A stretch of DNA of 64,000 bases from assembly GCA_052426225.1 (NCBI GenBank), contig JBNJNM010000011.1, forward strand, positions 2,790,001 to 2,854,000. The letters are read 5' to 3'. Under the pieces are notes generated by a model, which searched no databases, was not told where the DNA came from, and was given only the letters and a program-made list of their open reading frames with translations. This DNA is from Zancudomyces culisetae HAW-14-8 (taxonomy: Eukaryota > Fungi > Kickxellomycota). Shown here one piece after another: positions 12,846-25,160 of the stretch; the first letter of the stretch is position 1, and each line of letters opens with the position of its first letter. A program made the translations under genes and the position numbers.

Positions 12846-14257
12846 ATGGAGTACATAAATCCGAATATTGATAAAAGAAGGCAGCAAAAGCTTGCAAAGC
12901 AACGAGAGAAGCAGCAAAATGAATTTGAACAGCAAAAAAAGCAAATATTAGAGGTATTTACTCCCTATTTCTTGCAAATATATCGTTTTTATATATCATA
13001 TATGGACATAAATCAGAGCACGATTTACAGATTTACAGCGAATGACACACAGTTGTAAAAATAAAAAATAGGATTCGAGAATCAGTATAGGTTCAGAGAA
13101 ATTTGTTTCAGAAAACAACAGCTTTGAAAACAAACTTAAAAACTCGACAGTTGGCTTGGTCAAGTTAGAGGATTTCCAACGGATACACAAGGAGATTGAA
13201 GAAGAAAAGTTAAAAGCGGCTGTACATGCACGCCTGGAAAAGTAAAATATTCTATATATCAAAGCAACACATTATTCTTATCTTGTATTTTCGATATATG
13301 CTAAATACGTATTACTGGTGTTAGGCAAAAGAGAAGCAAGACCAGAGCAGCTGTAAAACAGAAAAAGGGGAAAAAGCTAAAACTAAGTTTTGAAATTGAA
13401 GAGGAAGAGGCAGAGGAAGGAGAGGGAGAGGGAGAGGAAGGACAAGGGGAAGAAGAGGGCGAGCGAGAGGAGAGCGAAGGCGAGGGAAAAAAGGCTCAAA
13501 ATATTAGTGGAGAAAAAGCGGAGGAATTAGAATCGAAAAAAAACAGAGGTATGCACAATAGGAGCCGAAAATCCCCTTTTACCATATCATTGAAATGGTT
13601 CTGCTAATATTTATACATTTTTAATGCTTTAAAAGCCTATTTTTCAACTATATTTGTTTATACTTATGTATTAAAGCGATAGAAAAAGATACAAACCAAA
13701 AAGGCAGCTTAGGAAAGAATCCTTTTGCAGATACCAGTTTTTTACCAGATAAGGAGCGCGAAGCACAAGATGTAAGATTGAGAGAGGAGCTAAGGAAGCA
13801 GTGGTACGTGGAACAAGAAAGGTTGAAGAACGAGGAAATCACGATAGTTTACAGCTATTGGGATGGTGCTGGACATCGAAACCGCGTAAAGTGTAAAAAG
13901 GGAGATACTATACAACATTTTTTGGAAAAATGCAAGGTGCAATTGAAGAAAAAGTTATCTCTAACATTGAGTGTAGATAATCTAATGTATATAAAAGAGG
14001 ATTTGATTATACCAACACACTATACGTTTTATGACTTTATAATCAACAAAGCAAGGGGGAAATCAGGGCCATTGTTTAGTTTTGGTGAGCACGAAGATGT
14101 AAGACTTGTGAATGATGCAACTATTGAAAAGGAGGATGTACATGTTGGAAAGGTATGTGAGCGTAGCTGGTACGAAAAAAACAAACACATCTTTCCTGCT
14201 AACCGATGGGAATTATATGATCCACAAAAAGATTATGGTGGATACGCTGTCAAGTAG
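12846..14257 (+). CDS. XAP5: FAM50/XAP5 family splicing factor
   Basis: Exons 12846-12953, 13072-13241, 13325-13548, 13677-14257 give a continuous frame. Motifs: [75 protein letters not shown]. Confidence 0.95.
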
Positions 14258-14376
14258 GCAAAGTTTCACACATCTATCTTTGTTAATGGTATTGTTATTA
14301 TAGTTTTAGTTGGTCTATAAAATATGTTTTGGAAGTTTTACAAAAGCAAATATACAGAAAAACTTAGACATTTCAT

Positions 14377-17351
14377 TCATTTTGAAAGGCTATGTAGATG
14401 TAATGACCAAGCAAAAAGTTTATATAACACCAAAAACATATTCTGAAAATCAACGCTTTCACTATCAAGTTCAGACTCATCAACAGTAAAAGTGTTCTCA
14501 TGAGAGAGATTGACGGAGTCGCTTTCTGTTGAAGTAGCATGGATGGCATTGTGACCAATTTCTGGGGCTGAACTCGACATCAGGGCTGTGTGAGAGCTTT
14601 GTTGTGACTCGATGGAGTCGGTATCTGATATCACCCGAGTTATTTCAGGAAATAGAGATAATATATTCAGCAATGCGTTGTATACACCTGGATTTGGCGG
14701 GATCACATTGAAATTGCTAGGAACAACAATTGCGTTTGAAAGAAAATCAGTAGTCGGTGGCGGGTTATGGGCATCATTGCTACAGAGATTGCTAGCACTG
14801 GCGAGCGCGTTGTTGTCACTACTTCTGCAACTATCAGTGTTTTCTGTAGCAGTTAAAGTGACAGCAGAGCTAAAGGCGTCTTTATCATGAAATGGAATAG
14901 GTGGTGGCGGCAGTGGCTCTGCTGCATTTTTTGGATTTAAGAGACCATATCTACCATGCGGACCAGTTATAAGACATGAAAACAAGCTTTTGTAGTAGTT
15001 CACTAAATAAGGACTAATTGTTTGGGCATCATCTATCCTGAGCTGATTTCGGGCAGCCGCTCTTGGCAAAGGCTGCGATGTTTCGGTGGGATTTTGAGTT
15101 ATAAAATCCAGTTGTTGGTTGGTTATATTCGTTTCTACTCTTCTCCACAGCCGCTTAGTAGAGCTGGAAAGGCCCTGTGAAATTGCGCCAATGCCACTGC
15201 TACTACTACCAGTGAGTAGTGTGTTTTTGATGGTGTCTGTGATAGTGTCTGTGTCAGTGTTGGCGTTGGCGTTGGCGTTAGCTTTGACTTCAGAATCCAT
15301 GCTGCTTAAGATTCCCCGACCAAAATCAGAGGCTTTGGCTATTTTAGGGATAGAAAAGGTGGTTGTGTCATCTACGTTGACACCATCATCGTTCAAGTTA
15401 AGATATGCTTGAGAGTTGTTGAGTTTATATAAAAACAAAGACTGGCCTCTCTGTTTCGAACTCGCCCTGCCTCTTTTGCTACCAGAGGCCTCGGCACCCT
15501 TGGGATTCACTGTGATCTGAACGCTTCCCTCGTCCTCATTGCTAATATCCTGAGGCGGGAGATGTGCCATCCCGCGCTTGTGTAGTATCTGCCAGTGTTT
15601 CCAGCATTGATTGTCACTTCGGTTTCCCATTAAATAGCTTACATAAGACCATTTTCCCACGCCAACGCGATTTACTATCTCTATTAATTTATGATCTTCC
15701 TCCCGAGTCCATTTGCTATGGTTAACATTTGGGGCTAAAACATTAACATATCGTTCGCGACACTTAACATCTGTTCGACCAGGAACATGTTGTGATATTT
15801 TAGTCCATTTCCCTACACCGTACAACTTTACGGCCTCCAACAGTAATGCATCTTCATCTTCTGTCCAACGCCCTGATTTTATCATTGGATGAAGCACTTT
15901 ATACCATCGATGCAACACCTGTTGGCTTGTTCGCCCCTCAATGCAACTTGAGATCGACTGCCACTGCCCCTCCCCATAGTAGCTTACTAGTTGCCTGACC
16001 ATCTCATCTTCATCTACATTCCAGTGCTTTTTTGTTAGTTTATTGTTTAACTTCCTTTGGTAATACTTGAAGCACTGTGCCGCCGTTCGATTAGTGTTTA
16101 ATTTTCTTGCGATATCCACCCAATCATACCCTCCGTTCTCTTCAACTATGCCTTTCAGCGCTGCTTCCTCTTCCTTACTCCACAATCCTTTATTTATCAT
16201 TGGATGCCCGTGTGTTGCCCATTGTATCGCACATGCCGTTGGCTTTTGTGTTAGCACGTACTTTCGCGATATTTCATCCCAACTGATTCCATCAATGTTG
16301 TATTCTAGCTCTTTGTTATACCGTTTACTTTGGAGTCTATTGATTTTTTCTATTTTCTGTTCCGTGGTTCCCTCACTATCGTTCATTATTTTTTCAATTA
16401 TTAACTCCTTATTCTGTTGCCTAACGCCATATGCTAGTTGTTTTTTCTCTCTTTCTGTCCACCTACATGCCCGGGTAATAATCAGCTTTCGCTGCTTTTT
16501 CCTTCTTTGTGTATCTAAATTTTCTGGAACGTCTTCATGATACATTTCTCTGAAATAACACTGGATCTTTCTCTTGTTGCCGTAACCTTTATTTCTATTT
16601 CCATTTTTTGTCTTCTCTTCGACATTCCCTATTCCTCGTATTGTGCTCTCCAGCTTACTGAGCCTTTTCAGAATATTCTCTATCTCTTTGGCCCCTTCCT
16701 TCTCCTCCGAAACTCCCATAATACTAGCCCACCTCTCTTTTTCCTCGGTTTTTTCTCTATATTTTCCTGAAACCAACTCCGTTATTGCTGCTTTAACTGC
16801 TATTGCGTTCTCAATGCCTCTGTTCACATTTCCTATGTTCTTCTCTATTTTTTTCATGACTTTGTAGTTGTTTCGGTAGGCCAATATGGCCTGGTATTTA
16901 ACCTCTTCGAATGTGGATCTATCGAGATCGAGTCATAGTAAAGTAAAGATATTTACATGTCTAATATTTGAGCAACATTTGTATTTAAACTGACTTACTC
17001 TGCCTTTATCTCTTCCTCTTCATCGCCATTCTCCATACTTTTTGTACATTTTTTATCATTACCCTCATCTTTACTTTGTTCGCTATTCATCAATAAAGTA
17101 AACTGCTCTTCTTTTAGTTTTTCTTCGGTTTTGATAGCAGCAATTAACCTCTTCTCGTATTCTGCCCCGACCTCAATGTTCGACTCTATTCCAAGTCTAA
17201 ATATCTCCTCTTCGTATTTGGTTATTTCCTTCTCCAGATTTTCAACAATTTGGTTTTGATCAACTTGACTAGAATTTGCTTGGGCGCTGTCATTATGAAA
17301 TTGTACTTCACTAATGGATCCTTGCCCGTCTATGTGTACATCTCTTGCCAT
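14377..17351 (-). CDS. SNAPC4: snRNA-activating protein complex subunit 4 (SNAP190-like, multiple Myb repeats), about 964 aa
   Basis: Exons 17351-16999 and 16918-14377 (80-nt GT-AG intron joins the two ORFs in frame). YF..P.N.DT motif, half repeat ISWDEIS..., then HPMINKGLWSKEEE..L..DW..IA..L..NRTAAQCF and three more Myb repeats: the SNAPC4 architecture. Confidence 0.85.
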
Positions 17352-17810
17352 TCTCTCGATTGTTTTTCATTATACTCTTTAGCTCTCCCACTTTTACGAC
17401 TTTTTTTTCGACACGAGTAATGTATGCACGTTTACAGAATTGAAAATAGATTTAATTTTACGCTTTTCCATAAAATTTTCACTTGAAAAAAAAAAGTTTG
17501 AATGATCATTTTTTTATAACCTAATTATTGTCCTTCATCAAAAACAAAGAAGGAAAGCAAGCTTTGCCATTTAAAGATGAATACAACCCCTACTATTTCA
17601 TGATATACTTTATTTGTACTTAAGTGTAGAATAAAATATACCAAACTAAAAATATATAAGGTTTGATAACCGAGTAAACGTCAAAGAGTACATAGAAATG
17701 CTAAGTAGCCGCATTCATTGTTAGAACGGAAAGTTTATTTAACTCAAGAAATCCTCCGTTGTAGATGAAACTGGTGCTGGTCTTGGCTTTGGAAAAGAAA
17801 ACCCCGCCGA

Positions 17811-18134
17811 TTAGACTAGCTTGTTTTTTTTGGGTTGGTTCAGACTTGTACCTATGCCTCCAGGCCCAGCACTTGGGTTCTCCTTGGCGGCACTCATATT
17901 GTTGTTGTATATAATTTTGCTGCTTTCTAGGCCTTGGAAATGGTTGTACTTCTTGGACTTATTGGTTCTCATTTTATCTTCATGGCACGTGTCAGAATCA
18001 CAGGATTCATCCTCTTTATCTCTACCGGCATGAGCACCAGCACCTGAGATATATCCAGTACTACCAGGTATTCTTATTCCGCCAGCCTTTCTTGCAGGAC
18101 TACGCCCTCCCTTTAATTCACATGGTGAACTCAT
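17811..18134 (-). CDS. Death-associated protein 1 (DAP1/DAPL1)-like small disordered protein, 107 aa
   Basis: N-terminus MSSPCELKGGRSPARKAGGIRI resembles animal DAP1 MSSP...AGHPPAVKAGGMRI. Acidic RDKEDE patch; near-terminal LNQPKK resembles IQQPRK; length about 100 aa. Confidence 0.7.
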   Translation of the reverse strand: MSSPCELKGGRSPARKAGGIRIPGSTGYISGAGAHAGRDKEDESCDSDTCHEDKMRTNKSKKYNHFQGLESSKIIYNNNMSAAKENPSAGPGGIGTSLNQPKKNKLV

Positions 18135-19984
18135 TGTCGCTAATTACTTTTTTGAGTACTTTGTTTTTTCTTTGCTAGGTTCGCAGTTTTAATCTTAGTC
18201 ACAAGTATAATGCCAGGTTTATATCCTTTGAGTTAAGGTAAATATGCATACATATATATACGTATTCTGAGGGAATACAAAATATTCTACAATATTTGAA
18301 CTGGTTAGCTGACTTAATTGAAAGGAAAATCGCTTTAGAGCTCCAGTCCCATTTATGTTTCCAGAATTATCCAGCTTAGCAGAATCTGGATAGTTTGGTT
18401 ATAAAGAGTAGAATCTAATACGCTCTCGCTCGCAATCTCTGGGATATGAGTGTCGTCAGGTGATCAAACAAAAACCGTTTCCAATCAAAATACCCGCCAT
18501 TCTGGACTGAATGCCACGTGCACTTGCAGATTCCAAACACCACCATTTGTGATGATTTCCCGCAGCTTTTGAATTGACGCTAAAAATTAGGATATACTTT
18601 TTTATTGGAATATACGGGTGCATGACACACATTTCTGCTCAAAAACTCAAAATGAGGACAAACAATGCAAAAATAAGCAGCCAATTATCATATACACTGT
18701 TTCCGCAGGCGATAGGCTCAAGGAAGGAGCTGTTGAGGAGAAACAGCTCAACAATGAGATGTAAAAATAGCCACCACCATATTTATTGCCGAGCATTTAT
18801 TAAAGAAAAAGTTTACGGACAAATAGTGGTGGGATGTATAAGCAGCTTCTTCGGCTTAGGAAAGTATCAAAAAAAATGAAGGAAAGTGGCGATATGTATT
18901 ATTGAAGGTACATCAGAACGAGTTGAAGTTCAATGGCTATTACTTGTCAAAAAGATGAACAATCCCAAAAGCGCTTTACAGCTATCAAAATAAAAAATAA
19001 AAAATACAAGTATCACCCATGTGTATCTTTTCTCACCCCGCACCCCTAAATTCTTCTCTCTCGACTCCTCCCTAAAAAGGGTTAATATGGAAAATACTTG
19101 GAAAATTGTGGCTCTTACTAGCCTGATTACACATTTCTGTGATTGTATGTAGAATGGGGGGGGTTAGGCAGGAATTAAAGTGTCAGCTCATTTGCGTTGT
19201 TTTTATTCCTTAATTGCTTTTACGCACTATCAACGTGTTCATTTGGGCAGGTATTTCATTGTCACTTTTTCTCATCATTTAAAGATAAAATATGCTGTGT
19301 AGCTATGGTATTTGTTGGGAGCTATGGTTCTGTTTATAGGTTTGTACCCGAGTATCTTTACTTCTTTTTTATGATTTTTATTTACTTTCAATTTTCCCTT
19401 TGAAACTTACTAACTCTATTCTTCAAAATGCTAACTAACCTAATGATAATGTATTCTCATCTTCTTGGGATCGCCCTAATGCTAGTAATCCCCAAAATAA
19501 CACAATAATAATAACAATAACAATAATAATAATAATTAAAATAATCTTCACCCCCCTCTTCCATCCTTCCCGTCTTCTGCCTTCTATATGTGTAAAACTT
19601 ACATACGAATCGTTTGTATAAAAACCACAGTAGACTATTTCGGCACAACCGAACATAAAACTAGGGGTATTTTCTGAATGTGTATAATCTCACATTCACA
19701 GTATTCACTATTGACTACTAAAAAAAGATAAACTCACCAAGTTCTTTGGCTGGGAAATTGTATGCACATTTAGCGAATAATTTAATGCTGCCATATAAAC
19801 ATTTAAAGTGCACTAATATACATATTGCATTTGAACATCATCGCTAATAATGGTTCTAATGTTTAGATGAGTTCTAGTGATGAATGTCCGCTATATTATC
19901 TTTATTCCCATCACCTCTCCTACAAAACATACTCTAGATAAGTATAAAAAAACAACTAAATGAAATGAAGATTGATAAAACTCA

Positions 19985-22388
19985 TTATTTGCCAATAGAT
20001 GCGTAAAGTCCATCAATTTTGCTTTTGTAGTATTTCATCGCATCAAATCTCTTTAGCTTTAGCGTTGGTGTGAGAAGGGCATTTGTCTCGACATCAAATG
20101 GAGTGGGTTCCAAATGAACTGCTTTCAAAGTCTCATAACCTAGCAACTTGTTGTCTCTGAAATGACTTTCCATGCTACTAACAAACTCTTCGTTGACTAT
20201 ACTGTTCTTAGTCAGTTCGACGTAAGTCATATTTGAGATGGTTTCATTACCCAGCACTTTTCGTTTTTTTAATTTATCTCGCGCCCATTCAACAAAAGTT
20301 TCGGGATCGGGAACAATAATGCCAACCAGGCAGTCCTTGGATGGATATCCTGTAACAAATGACTGAAGCACAAGCGGGTGTTTTTGAAGAATGTTCTCAA
20401 GCTTTTCAGGGGCAACGTACTCGCCCTGAGCAAGCTTGAATATGTTTTTTTTTCTGTTTATAATTTTTATGTTTCCGTCGGGGCAGAATTCACCAACGTC
20501 ACCACTTGCCAGCCAACCGTCACCTACTAGAGTCTCCTCTGTATTTTTTTTGTCTTTTAAATAGCCAGCAAAGATGTTAGGACCACGGATCAGAATTTCA
20601 CCCCGGGGGTTTGGCTTATCCGTTACATAGAATTCCATTTCAGGAATATCACGCAGCCTTATCTCGACGCCAAGGAAGGGCCTGCCGATGTTTCCGTGTG
20701 TAAGAGATCCTTGTTGCTGTGAACACGCTATTCCGGAAGTTTCAGTCATTCCATATCCCTCCCCAAATTCACAAAGCATAGTAACTTTAATGAAGTTTTT
20801 AACTTGAGGGTCTAGCGGTGCGGTCCCACATCCAATGCTTTCCAATCTGTTTGATATGATTGCTCGTGTTTTCTCAAAAATCAGAGGATCCCAAACAGGG
20901 TGACGGTTGCCCTTTCTAGCCATGAGATTGTCCAGTTTCTCTTTAACCGCTCTTCTGCATATTTCACCCATTTCCCCTGGGGCATTGACGGTTCTTGCTG
21001 ATATTATGTCGTAGAACCTATTTACCAGCCTCGGAACTGCAGAAAAGGATGTTGGTTGTAGCGCTTGGCAGTCTTCAAATATTTTGGTTATGTCGCCACA
21101 AGAATATCCAACGATCCCACCCGTGACAGCAACCGAGTTTTCTGAAAACCTTCCGTATGCGTGTGCAAGTGGAAGATAGGATAAGAGAACTCTAATAGAT
21201 GTAGGATCAGGTATTGCCGTAGTGGTAGCAGTAAATGTGTAGTTGGCATGGGTTCCAATGGCACTCTTGGGGTCACCCGTGGTCCCACTTGTATAGCACA
21301 GTGTGTAGACATCTTCTGGCTTTGGAGGGAAATGTGGAATTGGGTTTTCTCTACCAAGCTCCTTAACCTGGTCAAAATCATACAGTCCGATATTCTTAGA
21401 TCTGGCCCATCTTTGTAAGATCTCGATGCTATTTGGGGTGAATGAACTTAAAACCCTGTGATCCCCGGTAGAAAGTGTGCTTTTAAAGTTTGCAAAACTA
21501 TCCATAGCTATAATAACTTTGACAGTAGGGATCTTATCTACTATTTCCAGTAACAAAGGAACCTTATCCAACCCACATACCACTATAGGTATTTCAGCAT
21601 GTTTTATGATATACTCTGTGGATGAATGTCCTAATGTATCATACAGTGCAACAGAGTACAGCGAATGTGTTACACCAGCTTTCTCTACGATTGTCCATTC
21701 TGGTCTATTTGCGGCATATATACCGAGCGGAAAATTTCTTTTGGTCAGCATGTCTTGCTCCTTTTTGTTGTTTGGATCAAAGTGCTTTTTCAGCAGATGA
21801 ATCACTCCAGAACCGAACTCTTCTACGCTCTTTCCAACCTCTTTATATCTCTGATAAACGAATGGCAGGTACTTTCCTGTCAGTCTATCGTATGGCCTAT
21901 GTCCCAAGTAGTTACGTTCTGGATATGTTTTAACGGCTATTTATTTACAATTTCAGATAAAATTAGACTTAAAAGGTCCTGGAGTGTTATATTTTGTGAA
22001 TAAACAAGTATTGGTATGCTAATGAAACCTTACCATCCCAAAAGATGTCATACACTGTTTTCAGGTGAGGGTATTGTCTTGTGTATTTACCATCAACATC
22101 CTCAAGATTTTTGCGAATTGCTATTGTGATGAGTGCATTATTGTTGATGCTGTTTTATTCAGATACTCATTAATATTAATATCCCTTATACGAAAATCTA
22201 ATCAAATATGTCTTACTAAAATGGTAAAGTAGACACTCCTAAAAGTAAAGTAAACAAAAGAAAAACAACTAAGTGTGTTGGGAAATGGAAAAATGCGACG
22301 ACCTACGTGAAAGCCCTGGCTCTGCTGAGTTAGGAACATCATATGATACAGGTGATGGTTCCAAGTTTGTGTATTCAATGTCTTTCAT
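19985..22388 (-). CDS. Long-chain fatty acyl-CoA synthetase (ACSL/LACS family)
   Basis: Exons 22388-22307, 22120-22034, 21936-19985 in frame. Motifs: CYTSGTTGDPK, SYLPLAH, EGYGMTET, RGEILIRG, KNIFKLAQGEYVAPEKLEN, LLTPTLKLKR. Confidence 0.95.
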
Positions 22389-25113
22389 TTTTTCTTTTCG
22401 CTACTGTCTTCTGCGCTATAGTCCTATCAATATACTTGTTAGTCAAATAAATTCAGAATAGTTTGGTATATTTCTGTCAAAGCTTTTTTTTTGAGAGCCG
22501 CGTTCTAACGTTTTATATAATGATTTTACAACCATAACTGATCAAATTAAAAACAGAGGCAAAACGGTGTATGTTTCATGTTGGTTCTGCAGACGTTGCT
22601 ACCTAGTCGATTTAATGCAGGTTTGATTCACGTGTCAAATCTCTGACAATTTCAAGGTAAGAAAAACTATAGTAAAATGCGAAAATTGGCTTTCCAATAA
22701 AATACAAAACAGAATAAACTGTAGTCCTTTTCAGCAATTGTGAGTTCACTGTTTCATCTGTTTTACTTTCAAAGGCAAAACACGATCCGATTTTATGACT
22801 GTACTTTTTTTTCAAAAAAAAAAACACCCATGGTTCCAAGCGTTTTCCTGAGTTTCTGAAGTCATAGCTTTACGAATCCAGTTAAGCGCAAAGGCACTTT
22901 TATGCTTCAAGTTTGTTTCTCAGTTTAATTTTAAGTATACATTTTCTCACAATCCAACTTACTATTACAAGATATAAAAAAATAACCCAGATATACACGA
23001 TACAGTACCTTTATATTTACCATATATATAAATGAAAGGGGTATAACTCGCATTTTCGGCACCATAAAATATCTTTACCTATGAATAGAAATACACGCTT
23101 TACCTTAGCATATAAAAGGTCCTTTTTCAATGCTATTCTAACTCTTGTGTGTATTTCCCGATCATAAACCACAAGAAACCTCAGTATGTACTTATCCTGG
23201 AATGTGTATACTTCGATACTCGTACTGTATAGCTATTATTCCCTTAAGGCACAAAATACATACATCATATGTGTGGTCTAAATGCTTTCTGTCTGTGAGC
23301 TGCAAACTTCAACCAGATAACTTGATGTCTATCCTGTAAATGCCCTATGCAATATACACATAAACCACCATAGACCCAAGATAGATCCTATATTGATCTT
23401 CGACGCCATATAATTCATCCCCAGGACAGACTGGTCATTCAATCACATCTTTCCCTCTCATTTTTTTATCTTGTCTATCTAATCGACACTCCAATCGGGT
23501 ACAACTTTATACCTTTCAAAAAAAAGTCATGACTGGAGAGTGAGAAGCATATGATGACTTTTGCTGAACATTTCTCATATTTAAGTGAAGCTAGTGAGCC
23601 TTAGGGGTTTCAAACAACGTCTCAGGTATGTCCAATCAACAACTAACATCCTTCCTAATCAGCTGACAAAATCTGTGCTCTAAAACTTCATTGGCATATG
23701 AGGAGAACAAAAAGACTTCAGATTCACATATTTTTTGTCATGGAAAGCTCCCCTATTGAGTCTTATAGAAAGCACCAGATAGCTTATTACATAACATGTA
23801 CAGGGACACGTGCCCTGATAATTATGTAACTATATCTGTTTAAACTGGTGAGAAAAAAATAACCTGGTGAAATACGGGTTTTTCTAAAAAAAAATAAATG
23901 TATTTGAGATGGGTGACTGATTTTTTGCCCTATTTTTTTGACCAACTACGCTCGCTTGTTTCCAAGAGCGGCTTGTATACTCAAAATACTCAGAGCTGGG
24001 CTTCCTAATTGTGACTGTCTATTTTTGGAAGCCTCCACATTCTATTATAAAAATAGGCTAGATCAATATTACGTAAACCTGGGTGACCCCGCATATCTTA
24101 AAAACCGCCATCACTAAATGGAAAGCATAAGGGTGATATAGTACTGGAAATAAAACCCCGATAAATGACTTCATGACATCGTTTCTTTTTTCTTTTTCTT
24201 TTTGAAAAAGCTGCATTCGGAAAAGTGATGTGAGCCAGGATACAGTATCATCTTTTTTTAACACCTCTTCCCCCCTCCTTTGTTTGAATGGCAGGTCCTG
24301 TATACATGAGAAATGCGGCGCCAATAGTGATACATCTGGGCAACATTCTCAGAGACAATTGGTTTTTTCTCTTTTGGAAGGGGAGTTTCCCTAGTTTTGA
24401 CTGGTATGTGCGGAAATGTATAGTTCTGAAGTACACCCAACACTAAAATCTCCATCTCTTGTACACACACCCTCTATTTCATGTAGATGTCATTCTATTC
24501 ATAATTTTGAATTTAGACCTATAGAATCGGATATTTGAGTTTTTATATGACCTGATGACAAATGCAGGGAGGTAAAAAATCAGAAGTGACTAAAATATGG
24601 ATCCAATCGAAAGCAATTGTTACAAGCAATGGAGTACCTTGACTAATTACCGGTACGCCACCAAAATTGCTTTAACGATCATTGCCGCCAAGATTAATGC
24701 AAAGTCAAGAGCCATTCGCTATACAATCTTATTCGATGCTCGCTTGAAGGAAAATAAACAAAAGGTCAAATATTGCTTCAGTGGTTAGCTAAGCAGCCTA
24801 CTTTTTTTTTAGTGGGTGTGAGGCTAAAAAGAACATCGAGCAGAGACAAAACGAGATGTGTTATTGCGTCGAGAAGTGATAGTAAATGCAACCCTATTAG
24901 CCAAAATGGCAAAGAGTTTGGTTTTAGTTAGTAAAAGATAGGGAAAAATAGGCCATGTAGCTGCGATATTTTCTACGTTGCCTTATGGAGACAGGGGGAG
25001 GGGGGGGGTTAAAAGTGGAGAAAAAAATATAAACGTTGGGCTAATGTCTTATGCATATATACGCTCCGAAAGTATCACATTCCTATGAAAAGGGAAATCG
25101 TGAATTGGGATAA

Positions 25114-25160
25114 ATAGATAGATAGATGAATGAATGAACAAATAAATAAATAAATAAATA
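25114..25160. repeat. Compound tetranucleotide microsatellite (ATAG/ATGA/AAAT)
   Basis: atagatagatagatgaatgaatgaacaaataaataataaataaata. Confidence 0.8.

Noticed and set aside
17739-17810. Coding-looking in-frame extension after the DAP-like stop (SAGFSFPKPRPAPV...)
   Set aside because: The TAA stop is in a poor readthrough context and the DAP family ends right after the QPxK motif. An A8 homopolymer error cannot be excluded without reads.
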